From Sporomusaceae bacterium (GTDB lineage: Bacteria; Bacillota; Negativicutes; Acidaminococcales; JAJUGR01), in the NCBI GenBank assembly GCA_029265905.1, contig JAJUGR010000009.1, forward strand, positions 9,176 to 73,175: a stretch of 64,000 bases of DNA. The letters are read 5' to 3'. Of this stretch, positions 58,480 through 64,000 are shown in pieces (positions within the stretch are counted from its first letter, which is position 1; every line of letters begins with the position of its first letter). The notes beneath the pieces are model-generated. The model was not told where the DNA came from. It searched no databases and saw only the letters and a program-made list of their open reading frames with translations. The translations under genes and the position numbers were made by a program.

Positions 58480-59172
58480 TTGTTCCCCAATCGACAAGCT
58501 AAGCTGGTGGTAACAGCCGTATGCATGGTGCTGGGGCTGATGCTGGCGGCGCAGTTTAGGACGACGCAAGAACTGAAAGCTTCTCTTCCTTATCAACGCA
58601 TCGAAGATTTATCCGCGCGTCTTACCCAAACGGAAAAAGAGCGTGACACGCTGCGCAAAGAAGTGCAGCGGCTCAAGGAGGATACCGGGGCGGAAGTGCT
58701 GACGAAAGAACTTCAGCAGCTGAAAATGAACGCCGGCGTCCTGCCCGTCTCCGGACCAGGCGTTGTCGTCAGTTTGGACGACAGCAAAAAATCGACGAAG
58801 CCGGGAGAAAATCCGAACCTCTACCTAATTCATGACGATGACCTGCTGAAGGTGATCAATGAATTGCGGGCGGCCGGGGCGGAAGCGATTGCCATCAACG
58901 AGCAGCGCCTGATCGCCACGTCGGAGATTCGCTGCGCCGGTCCGACTGTTTCCGTCAACAACAGCCGGTTTTCGCCGCCTTACGTCATTCGGGCGATTGG
59001 CGATCCCAAGAGCCTCGAGGCGTCCTTGAAAATGCGGGGCGGCGTCATCGAAACGCTCAAGTTCTGGGGGATACAGGTAAGCGTTGCCCCGGAGGAGGAA
59101 GTGCTTGTGCCGGCGTTTAAAGGCGCGTTCCGCTTCGAATATGCCAAGCCGGTGCGGGAGGGGAAATCATGA
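58480..59172 (+). CDS. DUF881 family protein (YlxW/YlxX-like)
   Basis: LGLMLAAQF, GPGVVVSLDD, IHDDDLLKVINELRAAGAEAIAINEQR, PPYVIRAIGDP. Confidence 0.92.
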   Translation: MFPNRQAKLVVTAVCMVLGLMLAAQFRTTQELKASLPYQRIEDLSARLTQTEKERDTLRKEVQRLKEDTGAEVLTKELQQLKMNAGVLPVSGPGVVVSLDDSKKSTKPGENPNLYLIHDDDLLKVINELRAAGAEAIAINEQRLIATSEIRCAGPTVSVNNSRFSPPYVIRAIGDPKSLEASLKMRGGVIETLKFWGIQVSVAPEEEVLVPAFKGAFRFEYAKPVREGKS

Positions 59173-59498
59173 TTTATCCATTGGCAGGGGTTGCCTTAGG
59201 GCTGATCATCGGGCTGTTTTTGCCGATCCGGATACCGCAGGAATACGCGAAATTCATGTCGGTAGCGTTGTTGGCGTCTTTGGATTCTGTGTTTGGCGGC
59301 TTGCGTTCGGCGTTGGAGAAAAAGTATGATAACGAAATTTTTATCAGCGGCTTCTTCTTTAATGCGCTGCTCGCGGCGGGTTTTGCCTATATAGGCGAAC
59401 GATTGGGCATTGATCTTTACTACGTTGCTCTGCTGGCCTTCGGCCTGCGCATTTTTCAGAACTTGGCCATCATCAGACGATCGTTGCTGGGGAAATGA
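59169..59498 (+). CDS. sbp: Small basic protein Sbp (DUF1290)
   Basis: VALLASLDSVFGGLRS, FISGFFFNALLA, RIFQNLAIIRR. Confidence 0.92.
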   Translation: MIYPLAGVALGLIIGLFLPIRIPQEYAKFMSVALLASLDSVFGGLRSALEKKYDNEIFISGFFFNALLAAGFAYIGERLGIDLYYVALLAFGLRIFQNLAIIRRSLLGK

Positions 59499-59523
59499 CC
59501 TGTCAAAATATTTTTTCGGGTTA

Positions 59524-59552
59524 ATAGGGATATGCAAAAATGTGTTGAATAT
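59524..59552 (+). promoter_or_regulatory. Near-consensus sigmaH-type promoter upstream of ftsZ
   Basis: ATAGGGATA-N11-GTTGAATAT (AGGG instead of AGGA); B. subtilis ftsAZ has a sigmaH promoter. Confidence 0.5.
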
Positions 59553-59618
59553 ATATAATTGTGATATGTTCAACCAGCATTATGGGCTTACGGAGCGCGA
59601 GTGAGGAGGAACAACTGC

Positions 59619-60692
59619 ATGATCGAAATGGACATGGAGCAAGGCAAATATGCCAAAATTAAGGTAATTGGTGTCGGCGGCGGCGGCAACAACGCTGTCA
59701 ACCGCATGATTGACGCAAACGTTCAAGGCGTTGAATTTATTTCCGTGAATACGGATGCGCAGGCACTGTTGATGGCGCAGGCCGCTTCCCGGATTCAAAT
59801 TGGTGAAAAACTGACCAAGGGTCTTGGCGCAGGCGCCAACCCTGAAATCGGTGAAAAAGCGGCGCAAGAAACGCGCGACGAGCTGATCGCAGCCTTGCGC
59901 GGCGCTGATATGATTTTTGTCACGGCCGGCATGGGCGGCGGTACGGGCACCGGCGCGGCGCCGATTGTCGCCGAATGCGCCCGTGAAGTCGGCGCGCTTA
60001 CGGTCGGCGTGGTGACCAAGCCCTTCTCCTTTGAAGGCAAGCGCCGTCTCGGCCAGGCTGACAACGGCATCGAGCGCTTGCGCGAAAAGGTCGACACGCT
60101 CATCACGATTCCCAACGACCGGCTGCTGCAGGTCATTGACAAGCGCACGCCCATGGTTGAGGCGTTCCGCATTGCCGACGACATTTTGCGCCAAGGCGTA
60201 CAGGGCATTTCCGATTTGATTGCTGTTCCGGGCCTGATCAACCTTGACTTTGCCGATATTAAGGCGATCATGTCTGACGCCGGTTCGGCCCTGATGGGCA
60301 TCGGCCTGGCAAAAGGCGACAACGGCGCGGTGGTAGCAGCTGAAGCGGCGATTAAGAGCCCGCTCTTGGAAACCTCCATCGACGGCGCGCGCGGCGTGCT
60401 GTTCAACATCACCGGCGGCCGCAACCTGAGCCTGTTCGAAGTGAACGAGGCGGTCAGCATCGTCGAAAATGCGGTTGACCCCAATGCGAACATTATTTTC
60501 GGTGCGGCCATTGACGAAGCGCTGGAGGATGAAATCCGCGTGACGGTCATCGCCACCGGTTTCGAAGGGGCCCGCTCCTTTGCTTCGATTCCTTCAATCA
60601 ATGAAGAAGTGCTGGGCAAGCCGGCCGCCAGCGCCCCCATTTTCACGCGCCCCAAGCTGGATGACATCCCGGCCTGGATTCGCGGACGCTGA
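59619..60692 (+). CDS. ftsZ: Cell division protein FtsZ
   Basis: [18 protein letters not shown] tubulin signature, NLDFAD, VTVIATG. Confidence 0.99.
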   Translation: MIEMDMEQGKYAKIKVIGVGGGGNNAVNRMIDANVQGVEFISVNTDAQALLMAQAASRIQIGEKLTKGLGAGANPEIGEKAAQETRDELIAALRGADMIFVTAGMGGGTGTGAAPIVAECAREVGALTVGVVTKPFSFEGKRRLGQADNGIERLREKVDTLITIPNDRLLQVIDKRTPMVEAFRIADDILRQGVQGISDLIAVPGLINLDFADIKAIMSDAGSALMGIGLAKGDNGAVVAAEAAIKSPLLETSIDGARGVLFNITGGRNLSLFEVNEAVSIVENAVDPNANIIFGAAIDEALEDEIRVTVIATGFEGARSFASIPSINEEVLGKPAASAPIFTRPKLDDIPAWIRGR

Positions 60693-60724
60693 TTGCAGCG
60701 GCATTGGACAAATGAAAACCGTTC

Positions 60725-60753
60725 GGAGACTAGCGCAGGCTAGTCTCCTTTTT
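60725..60753 (+). terminator. Terminator after ftsZ
   Basis: GGAGACTAGC / GCTAGTCTCC stem followed by T5. Confidence 0.88.
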
Positions 60754-60763
60754 GCTCTTAAAA

Positions 60764-60811
60764 ACACTATATTTAGTAACTAAACTCCTGAAAAAGAACT
60801 ATATATTGAAA
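60764..60811 (+). promoter_or_regulatory. Tandem NrdR boxes
   Basis: ACACTATATTTAGTAA (60764-60779) and GAACTATATATTGAAA (60796-60811) fit acaCwAtATaTwGtgt and are 32 bp apart; the second overlaps the -35. Confidence 0.88.
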
Positions 60812-60833
60812 AAAGCGCTCGCTGTGGTATAAT
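60806..60833 (+). promoter_or_regulatory. sigmaA promoter of nrdR-nrdD-nrdG
   Basis: TTGAAA-N16-TATAAT with extended TG. Confidence 0.8.
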
Positions 60834-60862
60834 GAGAAACATGAGCAGAAAGGGTGAGAAAA

Positions 60863-61342
60863 GTGCGGTGTGCGTTTTGTGGATTTGGCGACAGCCGGGT
60901 AATTGACTCCAGAGCGGCGGAGGACGGCAGCGCCATTAAGCGGCGTCGGGAATGCCCCGCGTGCAACCGTCGGTTTACGACGTTCGAGCGGCTGGAAGAG
61001 ACGCCTGTTTTGATTGTCAAAAAAGACGGCCGGCGCGAACAGTTTGACCGCAACAAGCTGCTGGGCGGCTTGCTGAAGGCGTTTGAAAAGCGCCCGACCT
61101 CCATGGAGCGGATTCAATCCCTTGTTGAGCTCATCGAACGTGAACTAAGAGCCAGCGGTGACGCAGAAGTACCATCGGAAAAAATTGGTGAACTGGTTAT
61201 GCAGCATTTGCCGGAAGTCGATCAGGTTGCTTATGTTCGTTTTGCCTCTGTTTATCGTCAGTTCGGAGACTTAAACAATTTTATGCAGGAATTGCAGCGC
61301 ATTATGGCGTCTCAAAAGAGCGGAGAGGAAGCGAAAAAATGA
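60863..61342 (+). CDS. nrdR: Transcriptional repressor NrdR
   Basis: CAFC..SRVIDSR..IKRRRECPAC..RFTTFER zinc ribbon, ATP cone, DQVAYVRFASVYRQF. Confidence 0.98.
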   Translation: MRCAFCGFGDSRVIDSRAAEDGSAIKRRRECPACNRRFTTFERLEETPVLIVKKDGRREQFDRNKLLGGLLKAFEKRPTSMERIQSLVELIERELRASGDAEVPSEKIGELVMQHLPEVDQVAYVRFASVYRQFGDLNNFMQELQRIMASQKSGEEAKK

Positions 61343-63360
61343 GTATGTTCCAGAAAATTATGAAGCGCGATGGCCGGGAAGTCGAATTTAGCGAACGCAA
61401 AATTACGGACGCCATCTTCAAGGCGGCCAAGGCGGTGGGCGGCGAGGACCGCGAGCTGGCCATGGAAGTTACCCTCGATGTGCTGCGCTACTTGAAACAG
61501 CAATACAACGGCACTGAGTTTACGGTTGAAGACGTGCAGGACGCCGTGGAAAAAATGCTGATTGAAAAGGGGCATGCGCGTACGGCAAAGGCGTACATAC
61601 TGTATCGTGCGCAACGCTCGGCGATCCGCAGCGCCAAATCGGAACTGATGGACGCGGTCGGCGAGATCCTGGTCGAGACGAATCGCGACAACGCGAATAT
61701 TTCCAACTCCCCTTCGGCGAAAATGCTGCAGATTGCCAGCGCCGCCAGCAAGGAATACTACCTGAACCGGCTGATTCCCGCGCCCATGGCGCAGGCGCAC
61801 CGCCGCGGCGATATCCACATTCATGACCTGGACTTTTACGGGAAGACGCTCAACTGCATCAATATCCCGCTGAATAAATTGCTGGCCGATGGCTTCAACA
61901 ACGGGCATGGCTACATCCGGCCGCCTAAACGCCCAGGCTCGGCGACGGCGCTGGCGGCGATCATTCTGCAAAGCAGCCAGAACGACATGTTCGGCGGCCA
62001 GTCGTTCGGCTTCTTCGACTACGACATGGCGCCGTTCATGGAAAAGGCGACGGACGAGGAAGTTTACCAGGCGATGGAAGCCCTGGTGTACAACTTGAAC
62101 AGCATGCACAGCCGGGCCGGCGCGCAGGTGCCCTTCTCCAGCCTGAACCTGGGGCTCGATACGTCGGAAGCGGGCCGCAAGGTGATCAAGAACCTGCTCC
62201 TGGCCTATGAAAAGGGCCTCGGCCGCGGCGAGAACCCGATTTTCCCGAACATCATTTTCCGGATCAAGGCCGGCGTGAACTTCAACCCCGGCGACCCGAA
62301 CTACGACCTGTTCCGCCTGGCGATCCGCGTGGCGGCGCAGCGCCTCAATCCGACCTTCAGCTTCATGGACAGCAGCTTCAACAAGCCGTACAACGGCGAA
62401 GTGGCCTACATGGGTTGCCGGACCCGCGTCATCTCCAACCGCCACGGGGCCTCCCAGACGAGCGGCCGCGGCAACCTGAGCTTTACGACCATCAACCTGC
62501 CGCGCCTGGCCCTTAAAGCGGAGCATAATATCATGCGCTTTTACCAGTACCTGGACGAACTGGCTGATTTGGTCGGCGAGCAGCTTTACCACCGCTACCA
62601 GGTCCAGTCGAAACTGCGGGTCGCCGATTTGCCCTTTTTGATGGGGCAGGGCCTGTACATGGGCTCGGAGAACCTGGGGCCGCACGACTGCATAGAAGAG
62701 GCGATCAAAAACGGCACCCTGTCGATCGGCTTTATCGGCCTGGCGGAAACCCTGATCGCCCTGACCGGCGCGCATCACGGCGAGCAGGGCGAGGCGCAGG
62801 TGCTGGGCGAGGAAATTGTCAAGTTCCTGAACAGCAAGGTGGAGAAGCTCGCGGACAAATACGACCTCAACTACACGCTGATTGCGACGCCGGCCGAAGG
62901 CTTGTCCGGCCGCTTCATCAGAATGGACCGAAAGGAATTCGGCGTCATTCCGGGCGTGACGGACAAAGAGTACTACACCAACTCGTTCCATGTGCCCGTT
63001 TCCTACCCGATCAGCGCCTACGAGAAGATGAAGATCGAAGGCCGCTTCCACCGCCTGACGAGCGCCGGCCACATCAGCTACGTCGAATTCAGCTCGCCGC
63101 CGGTTAACAACCTGACGGCGGTCGAGGATATTCTGCGCCACATGGCCGCCTGCGACTGCGGCTACGTCGGCCTGAACTTCCCGATCGATTTCTGCGACCA
63201 ATGCGGCTACACGGGCGTTATTGACGAGGACTACTGCCCGCAGTGCGAATCGGCTTCCCTGCGGCGCGTAAGAAGAATCACCGGTTATTTGAGCGTGGTG
63301 GAGCGGTTTAACGACGCAAAGCGCAGCGAACTGGAAAACCGCGTCAGCCACTTCGGGTGA
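61339..63360 (+). CDS. nrdD: Anaerobic (class III) ribonucleotide reductase, catalytic subunit
   Basis: N-terminal ATP cone, HIHDLD, NC and YMGCRT cysteines, ATPAEGL, CxxC-CxxC, RRITGYL glycyl-radical motif. Confidence 0.98.
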   Translation: MSMFQKIMKRDGREVEFSERKITDAIFKAAKAVGGEDRELAMEVTLDVLRYLKQQYNGTEFTVEDVQDAVEKMLIEKGHARTAKAYILYRAQRSAIRSAKSELMDAVGEILVETNRDNANISNSPSAKMLQIASAASKEYYLNRLIPAPMAQAHRRGDIHIHDLDFYGKTLNCINIPLNKLLADGFNNGHGYIRPPKRPGSATALAAIILQSSQNDMFGGQSFGFFDYDMAPFMEKATDEEVYQAMEALVYNLNSMHSRAGAQVPFSSLNLGLDTSEAGRKVIKNLLLAYEKGLGRGENPIFPNIIFRIKAGVNFNPGDPNYDLFRLAIRVAAQRLNPTFSFMDSSFNKPYNGEVAYMGCRTRVISNRHGASQTSGRGNLSFTTINLPRLALKAEHNIMRFYQYLDELADLVGEQLYHRYQVQSKLRVADLPFLMGQGLYMGSENLGPHDCIEEAIKNGTLSIGFIGLAETLIALTGAHHGEQGEAQVLGEEIVKFLNSKVEKLADKYDLNYTLIATPAEGLSGRFIRMDRKEFGVIPGVTDKEYYTNSFHVPVSYPISAYEKMKIEGRFHRLTSAGHISYVEFSSPPVNNLTAVEDILRHMAACDCGYVGLNFPIDFCDQCGYTGVIDEDYCPQCESASLRRVRRITGYLSVVERFNDAKRSELENRVSHFG

Positions 63361-63869
63361 AAAACATGAACACAACAACGATTCGGGTCGCACACCTGTT
63401 GGGTGAGTCGGTAGTGGACGGCCCCGGCATTAGGGCGGTGGCGTTTCTGCAAGGCTGCCCCCGGCATTGTCCGGGCTGCCACAACCCGGAATTGCTGCCG
63501 GTTGAGGGCGGCGACGAATGCAGCGCCGAGGAACTGGCTGATGCGCTGCTGTCCGAGCTGACCCCGATCCATCGGGGCATTACCTTCAGCGGCGGGGATC
63601 CGCTATTGCAGGCCGATATGCTGGGCGACGTCGTTTTTCTCCTCAAACGGGCCCGGCCGGATCTGACCATCTGGCTCTATACCGGCTACTTGTTTGAAGA
63701 CGTGCGCGACTTGCCGGTGATGAACGCCATCGACGTCGTAGTGGACGGACCCTATGAACAGGACAAGCGCGATTTGACGCTGCCCTTTCGCGGCTCCGCC
63801 AACCAGCGGATCATCGATGTCCCGGCCAGCCTGGCGCAAGGCAAGGTTGTGCTGTGGGAAAACCAATAG
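63357..63869 (+). CDS. nrdG: Anaerobic RNR activating radical SAM enzyme
   Basis: SVVDGPGIR, CPRHCPGCHN, TFSGGDP, VDGPY..FRGSANQRIID. Confidence 0.97.
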   Translation: MKNMNTTTIRVAHLLGESVVDGPGIRAVAFLQGCPRHCPGCHNPELLPVEGGDECSAEELADALLSELTPIHRGITFSGGDPLLQADMLGDVVFLLKRARPDLTIWLYTGYLFEDVRDLPVMNAIDVVVDGPYEQDKRDLTLPFRGSANQRIIDVPASLAQGKVVLWENQ

Positions 63870-63882
63870 CATGCTTTCTGAC

Positions 63883-63918
63883 GAAAAACACGGTTCCGCA
63901 GAGCCGTGTTTTTCTTTT
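63883..63918 (+). terminator. Terminator after nrdG
   Basis: GAAAAACACGGTTC / GAGCCGTGTTTTTC stem with a T-rich tail. Confidence 0.85.
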
Positions 63919-63936
63919 GCGCGAGCCGCCTCGATG

Positions 63937-63965
63937 GCAGGATTTTACCGGCCCATCGCTAATTG
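63937..63965 (+). promoter_or_regulatory. Possible sigmaH-type promoter for the gene beyond the window
   Basis: GCAGGATTT-N11-CGCTAATTG (-10 reads TAAT instead of GAAT), followed by a GGGAGG SD at the window end. Confidence 0.4.
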
Positions 63966-64000
63966 TAACCATAGCAAACGCTTGGCAATCGGGAGGGAAA

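Noticed and set aside
61312-63393. 693-aa minus-strand ORF opposite nrdD
   Set aside because: Mirrors nrdD almost exactly; expected from its extreme third-position bias; no independent signals.

Overview
Ordinary core-genome region of a GC-rich Firmicute, probably a diderm Negativicute-like organism (an LptA/OstA-family gene is present). No prophage, IS, integrase or CRISPR array is visible. Order: lepA 3' end, hemW, CIRCE-hrcA-grpE-dnaK-dnaJ-prmA-rsmE-mtaB, HIT, rpsU-yqeY, nfeD-floA-hypothetical-phoH-ybeY-dgkA-cdd-era-HlyC/CorC-recO, glycine T-box-glyQS, ppsA-ccpN-ppsR, lptA-like, dGTPase-dnaG-rpoD, tRNA-Asn, tRNA-Ile2(CAT), trmK-nif3, rnpB, trxA, aroH, c-di-AMP riboswitch-NlpC/P60, HD protein, OmpR-type two-component system-yqeG-nitrilase, PilC/GspF plus five pilin-like genes plus ComFB, LarA-family gene, GNAT, CoA-binding protein, DUF1858, a reduced dcw cluster, and NrdR-boxed nrdR-nrdD-nrdG. 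The most unusual signals are: (1) the primary sigma factor has a ~162-aa insertion that appears to contain a second, diverged copy of its own region 1.1; (2) an unannotated 29-aa membrane peptide gene with its own promoter, SD and terminator is divergent from the two-component system; (3) the dcw cluster lacks ftsI/spoVD, ftsW/spoVE, murB and ftsA, and sporulation genes are missing from their usual positions; (4) there is a dense set of sigmaH-type promoters; (5) ppsR must start at a non-canonical codon, and two other genes may; (6) the pilin operon has no ATPase in the window and ends in ComFB. All calls were made by eye from motifs and synteny; no searches were run. Start codons were often adjusted from the ORF track using SD position.
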